Positions 18,288-26,874 of a stretch of 64,000 nucleotides of DNA are shown here, in pieces; within the stretch, counting starts at the first letter, position 1; each line of letters begins with the position of its first letter. A model generated the notes under the pieces. It saw only the letters and a list, made by a program, of their open reading frames with translations. It was not told where the DNA came from and made no database searches. Source of the DNA: Poseidonia sp. (GTDB lineage Archaea; Thermoplasmatota; Poseidoniia; Poseidoniales; Poseidoniaceae); contig CBFIDD010000001.1 in the NCBI GenBank assembly GCA_965661285.1, positions 340,852-404,851 of the forward strand, read 5' to 3'. A program made the position numbers and the translations under genes.

Positions 18288-19298
18288 TCAGATGATTTCC
18301 AGCCCGCCGTCTGCACCGTCCGTCAATTGTTCTTGGATGGCGGACACGACCGCTGCGAACGCCAGTGCAGAAGGGCCATCCGGTTCGGACACAATGCGGT
18401 GCACACCGTCATCGCCTCCTCGAACAAACCCGGGATCGAAGGGAAGGGCACCGAGGAAAGGCACACCAAATTCTTCGGCCGTGTCTTTGCCTCCACCCTC
18501 TTTGAAAATATCGAGGGTGACCGAAAACTTCCCGTCATCGTCCGCCGTAGCAGCCAGCGTTTTGCCACCCGGAGCGGCGATGTTGACCTCCGTGCCTGGA
18601 GCCGTGGTTCCGTTGACGGTGAACCCGCTCATGTTCTCCACAATGCCCAACACAGGGACCTTCAGCGACTCTGAAAAGGTGATCGATTTCCGGCTGTCCA
18701 ACAACGCCACCTGTTGAGGCGTGGTGACGATGACCATGCCGTCAATGTCGGGAAGGGATTGCGCCACCGTCAGCGGTTCATCGGATGTTCCAGGTGGGAA
18801 ATCGATGATGAGATAGTCGAGCTCACCCCACTCAACATCGCCGATGAATTGCTGAATGGCGCCGAGTTTGATGGGTCCGCGCCAAACAACGGGCGTGTCT
18901 TCGTCTTCCAACAGAAACGCCATGCTGATGACTTTGACGCCGAGGTGGCCTTGTGCCGGATGAATGCGCTTGTTCTCAACATGAAGGCGGCGGCCGTCCA
19001 AGCCCATCATCTTGGGAACGTTTGGCCCGGTGATATCGATGTCGAGAATTCCAACGGTGTGGCCTTGCTGAGCGAGCGAAAGTGCAAGGCCCGTTGACAC
19101 GGTGGATTTGCCCACGCCGCCTTTGCCCGAGAGAACCATGATCTTGTGCTTGATTTTTCGGCCGATCTCCTCCATCGCCATCTTTCGCTTCATTTGAGCG
19201 TAGGCCTGCTCCATTTGCTTCTGCTCTTGCGGGGACGGCCCGGCAGGTGCCTCGTTTGCTGACCCCGGTGTGTTGATGGAGACTGGTGAATCCGCCAT
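18288..19298 (-). CDS. Mrp/NBP35 (ApbC) family P-loop ATPase, lacking CxxC
   Basis: SGKGGVGKST, DIDITGPNVP, VVWRGP, WGELDYLIIDFPPGTSD, VTTPQ, GIVENMS. Confidence 0.93.
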   Translation of the reverse strand: MADSPVSINTPGSANEAPAGPSPQEQKQMEQAYAQMKRKMAMEEIGRKIKHKIMVLSGKGGVGKSTVSTGLALSLAQQGHTVGILDIDITGPNVPKMMGLDGRRLHVENKRIHPAQGHLGVKVISMAFLLEDEDTPVVWRGPIKLGAIQQFIGDVEWGELDYLIIDFPPGTSDEPLTVAQSLPDIDGMVIVTTPQQVALLDSRKSITFSESLKVPVLGIVENMSGFTVNGTTAPGTEVNIAAPGGKTLAATADDDGKFSVTLDIFKEGGGKDTAEEFGVPFLGALPFDPGFVRGGDDGVHRIVSEPDGPSALAFAAVVSAIQEQLTDGADGGLEII

Positions 19299-19341
19299 GC
19301 TTCAACCACCGAACTGGCCTACTTCAACCCACCCACGAACC

Positions 19342-19701
19342 CTACTCGTTCATGAGGTGACTCACTGAGAGTCTTCGGTCCAAAACCACGTGAACACCAA
19401 GCGTGGCTCCAACGATACCTACCACCCAAGGCAGCGACCATGCCATGTCCCCGTACGCCCATGCCAGACCAAACGAGAGCGGAAAACCGAAGAGGAAGCC
19501 CAACCGGTTGGTCGCTCGGCGCGGCCCGCTGAGATTTGCGCCATCGAACAGAACGGTCACCGGGCCGAAGAACACGACCTGAACGCTGATGGAGAGGGCC
19601 ACCACAGCGAACGCGAGGTCCATGTTTTGTGAGGCAAAGACCACGTGCAGCCCAAAGAGAAGGGCGAGAATGGCGAGGTTCGCCCCCAAGGCCCGCCACA
19701 T
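19342..19701 (-). CDS. Small hypothetical membrane protein (4 TM)
   Basis: Four hydrophobic segments in 119 aa; fills gap co-oriented with mrp. Confidence 0.65.
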   Translation of the reverse strand: MWRALGANLAILALLFGLHVVFASQNMDLAFAVVALSISVQVVFFGPVTVLFDGANLSGPRRATNRLGFLFGFPLSFGLAWAYGDMAWSLPWVVGIVGATLGVHVVLDRRLSVSHLMNE

Positions 19702-19786
19702 GCCACGAGGACGGCGCCCCCCTATGTCAAGCCATCAACAGACTATGGAGAAAGACTTGAAAGACAGTGAAGGCCGTATCTTTGAC

Positions 19787-20158
19787 ATGAAGTTGCTTTT
19801 CGTCTGTGTGGGAAACTCCTGCCGTTCGCAGATGGCAGAAGGTTTGGCCAAATCCATGGGATTTGAGGCCTCATCGGCCGGCACCCATCCTGCAAGCGAG
19901 GTAGCAAAAAACGCCTTGGCCCTTCTCGAATCGAAAGGCATCTCGACGGAAGGCATGTCGCCAAAGGGACTGGACGGGTTTGACCCCAGCGCCTTCGACA
20001 TGGTCATTTCAATGGGATGCGGCGTCCACTGTCCCGCCATCAAAATCGACCAAGATTGGGAACTTGAAGACCCCGTAGGACAGAGTTACGAGGTGTACGA
20101 ACAAACCGCTATGGAAATCGAGCGGCGATTGAACCTGCTGTCAAGTCATTCCTCTTGA
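19787..20158 (+). CDS. Low-molecular-weight phosphatase / arsenate reductase ArsC family
   Basis: LFVCVGNSCRSQMAEG (CX5R), SSAGT, MGCGVHCP, WELEDP. Confidence 0.9.
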   Translation: MKLLFVCVGNSCRSQMAEGLAKSMGFEASSAGTHPASEVAKNALALLESKGISTEGMSPKGLDGFDPSAFDMVISMGCGVHCPAIKIDQDWELEDPVGQSYEVYEQTAMEIERRLNLLSSHSS

Positions 20159-20466
20159 TCGGTGGGGACCTCACCGACGCCCTCAAGGTCAATGCGAAGG
20201 ACACTGACCGTTCGCATTCCGTTTTCGCCTTCAACCTCCTCGGATTCACACGCGAGTTGTTGAATGTTCACCGATGCCGGCAGACCTTGGGCGATGTGGC
20301 CGTTTCTACGACGGCACACCTCGGCCACGTCAACAGCCCGTGAGATGGTGGCGCCACGCGCCACCAACTGCACTTCTCTGTCCCCGTCTTCCATCGCTTT
20401 CACGACGGCTCGGACATAGGCATGAAGGGGTTTTTTTCCAATGAAAATGATGCGACGGTCGCTCAT
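20146..20466 (-). CDS. albA: DNA/RNA-binding protein Alba
   Basis: IFIGKKP..YV, VARGATISRAVDVAE, RTVSVLRIDL. Confidence 0.88.
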   Translation of the reverse strand: MSDRRIIFIGKKPLHAYVRAVVKAMEDGDREVQLVARGATISRAVDVAEVCRRRNGHIAQGLPASVNIQQLACESEEVEGENGMRTVSVLRIDLEGVGEVPTDQEE

Positions 20467-20538
20467 GGTTATCACACGAGTTCGGTGATGGTCACCCCAT
20501 AAACCTTGACCGAAATGAATCCGCAAAATGGCTTGCAG

Positions 20539-20613
20539 TGGTGCGAGCGCCGGGACTCGAACCCGGGTTCAGGCGTTGGCAACGCCCGGTGATAACCACT
20601 ACACTACGCTCGC
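20539..20613 (-). tRNA. tRNA-Gly(GCC), intronless, CCA encoded
   Basis: Reverse complement GCGAGCGTAGTGTAGTGGTTATCACCGGGCGTTGCCAACGCCTGAACCCGGGTTCGAGTCCCGGCGCTCGCACCA folds as a cloverleaf with anticodon GCC and GTTCGA T-loop. Confidence 0.97.
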
Positions 20614-20638
20614 TGGTGCCCTTCCCATCTTGCAGGGG

Positions 20639-20644
20639 TTTAAA
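20639..20644 (-). promoter_or_regulatory. Putative TATA box of tRNA-Gly
   Basis: TTTAAA about 26 nt upstream of the mature tRNA 5' end. Confidence 0.6.
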
Positions 20645-20695
20645 CGGTTGTCGGCGGAGATACACGGCCACTCGCAAGCCGAAGCCATTCGGATT

Positions 20696-23600
20696 TTATT
20701 GCATACCAAATCGGTCGCCGCCGCCCTCGCCGCCACGACGAGCAAGCACCGTCAAAACGACGATAGCGCCCACCAAAACCACCAGCCCGAGTCCACCGAG
20801 AACAGCCGTACTCAGCCCTTCCGACCCTCCGGTGGGGCTCGCTGCCTCCTCAAGCGTGATGGCGGCGGAAGCGGTGTTCAGCTCCCCGTAGGTGTCGACG
20901 GCCCGCAGGGAGACCTCGTGGGTGCCCAGCGGCGTACCGTCCCGTATGGACAACGCCACGGAGTAGATGCCATCGCCGGCGACTTCATCCCCGCCGTTGG
21001 CGCCATCATCGTGCATGAAGGCCCACGTTTGCCCGCCGATCGGTGTGAACACACCGAGGTTGATCTGAACCCGTTCGATACCGTCGGGGTCGCTAACTTC
21101 CACCGTGTAATGCACCGTGTTGTCTGTGGTCTTCTCGATGTTGGTGGGTAAAGCGAGAATATCTGGGCGGTCGTTGAGGATGTGAACTTCAATCGGCTGG
21201 TCGGCCGCTTGGCTCACGTGATGCGGACCGAAGACGGCATCGCCCGGACCGTTGGGCGCAGGCGTGTAAACGCGCTGTTGCATGACTGCACCTCGTTCGT
21301 CTTCGGCAACCACCAACAGCGATTGGTATCCCGGCGTCATGCCTGAGGGCATTTCGATCATCGCTGCCCAAGGACTGCGTTCACCTTCTCGGGACAGGTT
21401 CACCAATTCGCCACCGTAGGCTCGCAGGTCAATTTGCACGGAGGCCACCCCGTGCCCGTCATAGGCGTCGATGTTCACGATCACCGATTGGCCACGTTCA
21501 AGTGATGACGGGACAATTTCAACGTCCAACAGTCGTGGTGGCAGGTTCGCAACCTCCAGCGCCTCATCTTCAATGGTCGTCGCCCCGAAACTATCGCTGG
21601 CCGTGATGTTGACCGTGAAGGAACCCGTCTCAAGCCCCGGAAGAATGACGGCGGCCGTATACACATCATCGCCCACCGAGAGATCGCCATTGAGGCCTCG
21701 ATCGTTGAGCTCAATCACACCCAAGCCCAACGCGCTGAGGTCGGCCATCACGCTGACAACGTTCCATTCTTGGTCCATAACCGTGGCCTGAAGATGAGCA
21801 ACACCGCCACCTTCGCCAACGGCAAGGCCTTGGCGCCAACCGATGAGCGACAGGACGGGAGGGTGGTTCTCATCTGCACTGACGATTTCAGGGGACAAGA
21901 CGCGCTCCAGAACTTGGGTTTCTTGGACCACAACGGTTTCGTTGTCCTCTCCAAACGGAACGGAGAGCGCCCGCTCCACCGTGGACAAGAGACCCTTGAG
22001 CGGCCCCTCCACCACAATTGAGCCGGAGGCACTTCCTGCCTCACCGCTGCCTTCGTAGACGCCCGTCCAATCGATGACGCTGAGGTTGTGGCCGTCTCGA
22101 ACATCGATGCGAATGTCGCCGACTTCGACGGTGAGCGTCAGCCCTTCCTGACCGTTCAATCGAAGGCGGTCGTCGCTGTTGAGCGGGATGGGCATCCAGC
22201 CGGTTTCACGACCGATGGTCAAATCACCAAGACTTTCCTCTGCTTCAGGGGCCGTAGCGTTTTGTTGGACGGGGCTGTTTTCTGGGAAATCTTCCCCCTC
22301 AGAGGCGTCCGGACCGGTTTCCCGCCAAACCAGACGCACCGTTCGGTTGTCCCAATCGGATTGAACCGCTTGGTAGTCCCAGGTTTGGTTGTGGGTCGCA
22401 CCGACACCCGCGCCGTCAAAGAAATTCCCACCGTTGACGCCGGTAATGTTGAACCACGACTCTTGGAAAATAACGTTGACAAGGAACTCCTCGCCCGAAA
22501 CATTGGCTTGCATGCCCGTGGTTTCAATCCCACGGACCACGCCAAAGGTGCCCTGTACATCGCCCGTCAATGTCCCATCGACATGCAGGTCGTCAATGAG
22601 CGTCTTACCGTTCTCGAGTTTGGTATGCAAATCCAAAATCGTACCGTTGACCTGGAGGCTTGCGTTTTCCTCTTGGTCTGCAAACCCAAAGGTCCCTTGG
22701 CCGTAGAGTTCCTCAAGATGTTGCGTACGAACGCCGTCCTCCCACCGCTCGAGGGAGGAAAATCCATCCAGGGAAACATCGAGTCGAGTGCCTTCATCGA
22801 TGAGGACGAAATCGGCCATGGCCTCAAATTGCGTGTGCTGAAGCACACGCACGCCGTCAACATCCACGTACTCGAAGAAGAAGACGGCCAGTTCACCGTC
22901 GATGTTGAGTGAATCGTTTTCTTCACCGTTCTCGGAGACGTTGAGCACACCGGTCGCCTCAAGGGACAACTGTTCGCCGACCACGCCGTCAATGATGGAA
23001 CGGTTGAGCATGGCGTGAGAGACATCAGCGTCGATGACGGTGGTCGTTTCGCCGTCGACCAACTCGGTGCGAAGGTCGCCAAAACCTCGCGCATCGAAGA
23101 CCTGACTGGTCAGCACACCTGCCACGACGGTCTCGTTTTTCCACAATTGCGTGAGCACAAGGTCAAGTTCCGTCACCCCGTCTACCGTGCTTTCAACGGT
23201 GGTAAAGGTCCCGTTGCCAAGTTCCCATGAGGAAAGGGTATCGCCCACGCGCTCCTGCCAGCCTTGACCGGTGAAACTCAAGGAGAAGTTCTGGTCGCCG
23301 GTTTCGGTTTGATAGGACTGGTCGAGACCCCACGTCGTGGACAACAGCACTTCGTGATCGTCCATCGGTTGATTCCAGAGCCCGACGACAAAACTGCGGA
23401 CGGCCTCAATGTCGAGGTTCGTCTGGTCGTTGTGATCGGTGATGGTGACCCTGAGGTCGATGCGATCGTCCCATGCCAACGTGGTGTTGAACGTCAACAA
23501 CGCCGTTCGAACCCCGTCATCGCTGCCCCAGTTGATGCTGTGGCTGGTGGAGAGTTGGGTCCCGTTTCGAAGGTGGTTCATGTCAACCTCGAACCCGTAC

Positions 23601-23779
23601 GTGCCGTTGTCAGAAAAGGTGAGCAAGTAGGCGTGGTCAACATCCGTCGCCCCTTGACCGACCCAATGCGTGGTGATACGAACCGATGGAGCACCCTCGG
23701 CGTGGGCGTGAAGCGGAAGCATCGTGGCGACCAACAGCAACATCATGCATGTGGATACCAGCCTGCGCCGGGTGGTCAT
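20696..23779 (-). CDS. Large secreted, C-terminally anchored acidic surface protein with choice-of-anchor-X-like Ig domains
   Basis: Signal peptide (…AHA|EG), beta-rich body, two DDG..GD...GDG.Y-type motifs (LNDRGLNGDLSVGDDVYTA; MHDDGANGGDEVAGDGIYS), C-terminal TM followed by RR. Confidence 0.8.
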   Translation of the reverse strand: MTTRRRLVSTCMMLLLVATMLPLHAHAEGAPSVRITTHWVGQGATDVDHAYLLTFSDNGTYGFEVDMNHLRNGTQLSTSHSINWGSDDGVRTALLTFNTTLAWDDRIDLRVTITDHNDQTNLDIEAVRSFVVGLWNQPMDDHEVLLSTTWGLDQSYQTETGDQNFSLSFTGQGWQERVGDTLSSWELGNGTFTTVESTVDGVTELDLVLTQLWKNETVVAGVLTSQVFDARGFGDLRTELVDGETTTVIDADVSHAMLNRSIIDGVVGEQLSLEATGVLNVSENGEENDSLNIDGELAVFFFEYVDVDGVRVLQHTQFEAMADFVLIDEGTRLDVSLDGFSSLERWEDGVRTQHLEELYGQGTFGFADQEENASLQVNGTILDLHTKLENGKTLIDDLHVDGTLTGDVQGTFGVVRGIETTGMQANVSGEEFLVNVIFQESWFNITGVNGGNFFDGAGVGATHNQTWDYQAVQSDWDNRTVRLVWRETGPDASEGEDFPENSPVQQNATAPEAEESLGDLTIGRETGWMPIPLNSDDRLRLNGQEGLTLTVEVGDIRIDVRDGHNLSVIDWTGVYEGSGEAGSASGSIVVEGPLKGLLSTVERALSVPFGEDNETVVVQETQVLERVLSPEIVSADENHPPVLSLIGWRQGLAVGEGGGVAHLQATVMDQEWNVVSVMADLSALGLGVIELNDRGLNGDLSVGDDVYTAAVILPGLETGSFTVNITASDSFGATTIEDEALEVANLPPRLLDVEIVPSSLERGQSVIVNIDAYDGHGVASVQIDLRAYGGELVNLSREGERSPWAAMIEMPSGMTPGYQSLLVVAEDERGAVMQQRVYTPAPNGPGDAVFGPHHVSQAADQPIEVHILNDRPDILALPTNIEKTTDNTVHYTVEVSDPDGIERVQINLGVFTPIGGQTWAFMHDDGANGGDEVAGDGIYSVALSIRDGTPLGTHEVSLRAVDTYGELNTASAAITLEEAASPTGGSEGLSTAVLGGLGLVVLVGAIVVLTVLARRGGEGGGDRFGMQ

Positions 23780-23830
23780 GGTTTGAATGTGGAACGGCTC
23801 CCCTTCAAGACTTTGGGTCCGTCGCCTCGC

Positions 23831-24790
23831 TCAAAGGTCCAGAACGTAGCCAAACAGCAGCGGGAGAACGATGCTCGCATCGCTCTGAATGTTGAATCGG
23901 GGCGTTTGTGCGCTGAGTTTGCCCCAGGATATTTTCTCGTTCGGAGGTGCCCCCGAATAGCCGCCGTAAGAGGCACTGGCATCGGTGATTTGGCAAAACC
24001 AAGCCCAAAGAGGAACGTCGTGCTCGCCAAGATCCTGGTGCAAGAGCGGCACGACGCAAATCGGGAAATCGCCGGCGATGCCACCGCCGGATTGCAAGAA
24101 GGCCAGCGGTTGCACCGATGCTCGGTAGAACGTCATGAGGTGAGTCATGTAGTGCGTCCCGCTGAGGACGATATCAGGCGAGAGCGCGCCCTGAGAGCAG
24201 CGAGCTGCGAAGATGTTGCCGAGCGTTGAATCCTCCCAGCCCGGAACATACAGCGGCACATCGCACTCCGCCGCCGCCAGAAGCCACGAGTGTTCGGGTT
24301 GTCCCTCGTAGGCCGAGGCCAGAACACCCGAGCGCAGGAGGCGGTACAGATACTCGTGAGGAAGGTGCGCTTCTCCGTCCTCATGTGCTTGGGTCCACAC
24401 CTCCATCAACGCTCGCTCAATGTTCCGAATGGCTTCTTCCTCAGGAATGCAAACATCGGTCACTCGGTTGAGGTGCTGCTCGAGAAGTGCCACCTCATCT
24501 TGAGCGGTGAGGTCGTCGGGTGAAGGGATGGCGACGTAGGCATGGCGAGCGACGAGATGAAAGAGGTCTTCCTCGAGATTGGCGCCGGTGCATGAAATGG
24601 CAGCAACATGTCCCGACCGAATCATCTGCGCCAAACTCCGACCGATTTCAGCCGTGCTCATGGCGCCCGCCAGCGTCACGAAAACCTTGCCGCCGTGTTC
24701 GATGTGGTGGACGAGGGACGAGGCCGCACGCTGAAGCGTTCCTGCGTTGAAGTGGCGATAATGTTCCTCAACAAAGGCTCGAATGGACAT
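23831..24790 (-). CDS. Deoxyhypusine synthase-like protein (bacterial SpeY/homospermidine-synthesis type)
   Basis: HYRHFNA, LAGAMSTAE, ISCTGANLEED, GWEDSTLGN, GGGIAGDF, YGGYSGAPPNEKISWGK. Confidence 0.88.
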   Translation of the reverse strand: MSIRAFVEEHYRHFNAGTLQRAASSLVHHIEHGGKVFVTLAGAMSTAEIGRSLAQMIRSGHVAAISCTGANLEEDLFHLVARHAYVAIPSPDDLTAQDEVALLEQHLNRVTDVCIPEEEAIRNIERALMEVWTQAHEDGEAHLPHEYLYRLLRSGVLASAYEGQPEHSWLLAAAECDVPLYVPGWEDSTLGNIFAARCSQGALSPDIVLSGTHYMTHLMTFYRASVQPLAFLQSGGGIAGDFPICVVPLLHQDLGEHDVPLWAWFCQITDASASYGGYSGAPPNEKISWGKLSAQTPRFNIQSDASIVLPLLFGYVLDL

Positions 24791-24793
24791 CGC

Positions 24794-25180
24794 TCAAACC
24801 TCCGTTGTGAATCGGTCCACACGTTCCTTTCGGGTTCGTACCAAGTCTGGAAATCGCTCCCTGAGCCGCTGGTCGAGGTAGGAGGCGATGGTCTCCGGGT
24901 CGGTATCACCGCACGTAAAGCAATCCACAGCAAGGAGGCCTCGGTCGGCGTAAGCGTGGGCCGTGATGTGGCTCTCATCGATGAGGACGACGGCCGCAAA
25001 ACCCGGGGGCGAGGTCCTTCCATCAAACGGAGCAAGGTGCGCATGGACCTCGGTGGCAGGACTTTGAGCGACCGCTTCTCGCATCGTCGAAAAGAGCCAC
25101 TGATAGTCTTCTTCACCCTCGAAAAAAGCGTTGAGATAGTCCACGAAAACGTGAGCTCCTTGGGGGGGTTTAGTCGTCAT
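24794..25180 (-). CDS. speD: Pyruvoyl-dependent decarboxylase proenzyme, AdoMetDC (SpeD) family
   Basis: GFAAVVLIDE|SHITAHAY self-cleavage motif and AVDCFTCG. Confidence 0.88.
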   Translation of the reverse strand: MTTKPPQGAHVFVDYLNAFFEGEEDYQWLFSTMREAVAQSPATEVHAHLAPFDGRTSPPGFAAVVLIDESHITAHAYADRGLLAVDCFTCGDTDPETIASYLDQRLRERFPDLVRTRKERVDRFTTEV

Positions 25181-25199
25181 GAAATCACCTGCGCCCGCC

Positions 25200-26228
25200 T
25201 CACCGTGCCGTATTTAAAGATGCCGAGCCGTCCAACTCAAATCGTTGAAAGTACGTGTCCTCAACCGTTTGAACGGAAGACGCACGACGGGCATGCCAGC
25301 GTCCTTCGCGGCGTGCAAGCACATGACTCGCGATGATTTTCGTGGCCAGTCCCGCAGCGGTGAACTGGGTGAGCGGCGTATCTTCTTGGGCCACGATTTC
25401 GTTCACGTCGGCGCTGATGACCTCAACCTTTGGATTTCCAAACAGCGTCTCGATGGTTTCAACGGCCTGCCAGAAGTTCAGACCGCCAGGCACGGGCGTG
25501 CCCGTGGCGGGCACCAAGGATCCGTCCAATCCGTCGATGTCAAGCGTGAAGTGCACCGGTCCCGAAAGCGAGGAGAGCAGGTCGAGCCATGCCCGCCAAG
25601 CGGCAGCACCGGTGTGGGGATGTTGCGTGTCCCTCGCAAAGAAGGTCGTGATGCGGTCGTCGCTGTGAATGCGCTCGGCTTCTTCCTGGCTGTAGGCTCG
25701 AATCCCGGCCTGCAACAGTCGGCCAACACCCACGTCAAGGCTGCGGGAAGCCGCACAGGCGTGGGAGAACACCTCGCCGTCAAGTGAGTGTCGAAGGTCA
25801 GCATGGGCGTCGAGCTGGACGACGGTCAAGGTCGAGAGGTCGCCGTTCACAGCAGGATGTCGACGAGCAGCGTGCATGATGGGTGGCAAGATGCCGTGCT
25901 CACCTCCCAAAAAGAGCGGAAAGAGGTCTCCTTCGAAATACGATGCAGCATGGGTTGCCAGTTCGTCCAACTGGGCTCGAAGGGTAGGCGCCGTGCCTTC
26001 CCACACGGGCTCGGTCGAGATGACAAGGCTAACGGGGAGTTCCTCTTTGAGTTGGTCGTCATACAACTCAACCTGAGCGCTTGCCTCGATGCACGCCTGC
26101 GGCCCATCGCATGCTCCTGTGCCGTACGAGGTCGTCAGTTCGTAAGCGAGAGGTACCACGGCGATATCGGCAGGCCCCTCGCCTTGAGGCAGGCCAAGAA
26201 AGGCCCCTTGCTCAACGTCTCCTGACAT
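25200..26228 (-). CDS. speB: Agmatinase / ureohydrolase
   Basis: TTSYGTG, LGGEHG, QLDAHADLR, TLDIDGLD, TGTPVPGGL. Confidence 0.92.
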   Translation of the reverse strand: MSGDVEQGAFLGLPQGEGPADIAVVPLAYELTTSYGTGACDGPQACIEASAQVELYDDQLKEELPVSLVISTEPVWEGTAPTLRAQLDELATHAASYFEGDLFPLFLGGEHGILPPIMHAARRHPAVNGDLSTLTVVQLDAHADLRHSLDGEVFSHACAASRSLDVGVGRLLQAGIRAYSQEEAERIHSDDRITTFFARDTQHPHTGAAAWRAWLDLLSSLSGPVHFTLDIDGLDGSLVPATGTPVPGGLNFWQAVETIETLFGNPKVEVISADVNEIVAQEDTPLTQFTAAGLATKIIASHVLARREGRWHARRASSVQTVEDTYFQRFELDGSASLNTAR

Positions 26229-26406
26229 GCATTTTGCGGGATGGCGCCCCCTTCATCATCCTACCGATGAACAACACGCCCCGATTTCGTGGCCCAAAAC
26301 GCTCGTTTCAAGAAAATGCAGGGAACACTTAATATGGGTCGGTGACCAATATAATACAGCAACAGGGGATAAAAATCGCCGGTTGGGCCACGACGGAGGG
26401 GAAAAG

Positions 26407-26826
26407 ATGGGAATGACACTCGCAGAATTGACCAAAGCGATTCAGCAACACATCGACTTGGACATGGACACCGAGGTTGCCCAGGGCATGGCCGAACACG
26501 CCTTGGGATTCTTTGGTTTCTACAATCGCATCATCGACAATGCCCTTGAACCCACCGACCGCAACCTGTTTTACATGTTCCAAGATTACGATTTGTTGAC
26601 CACCGAATCCGAAGAAACGACCCTCTGGGACGGCCGGGAGTGGCGCATTCACTACTGGAAGTTCAAGCCCGACCTTCGCGAGCGTGTTGAGGCCTACATG
26701 CAGCGCAACTTGCAAGAGGAGGAAATCGACCCCTTCGCCGACATTTACGCCACGGACGGGCCGAGCATCTGGACTCGAGAAGGCGAAAAAGTGGCCAATC
26801 CCAACGCCTTCACCTCGGACTGGTAA
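26407..26826 (+). CDS. Conserved Thermoplasmatota protein (DUF6015-like)
   Basis: FGFYNRIIDNALEPTDRNLFYM...LLTTESEETTLWDGREWRIHYW; GGAGGGG SD upstream; family recalled, not searched. Confidence 0.75.
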   Translation: MGMTLAELTKAIQQHIDLDMDTEVAQGMAEHALGFFGFYNRIIDNALEPTDRNLFYMFQDYDLLTTESEETTLWDGREWRIHYWKFKPDLRERVEAYMQRNLQEEEIDPFADIYATDGPSIWTREGEKVANPNAFTSDW

Positions 26827-26874
26827 AGCCCGCCGAATGCAAGTGTTTTTCATTTGCGTGTACGACGCACCATC

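Noticed and set aside
20539-20613. Integrated element at tRNA-Gly
   Set aside because: No duplicated tRNA 3' end or integrase noticed; flanks are housekeeping-type genes.
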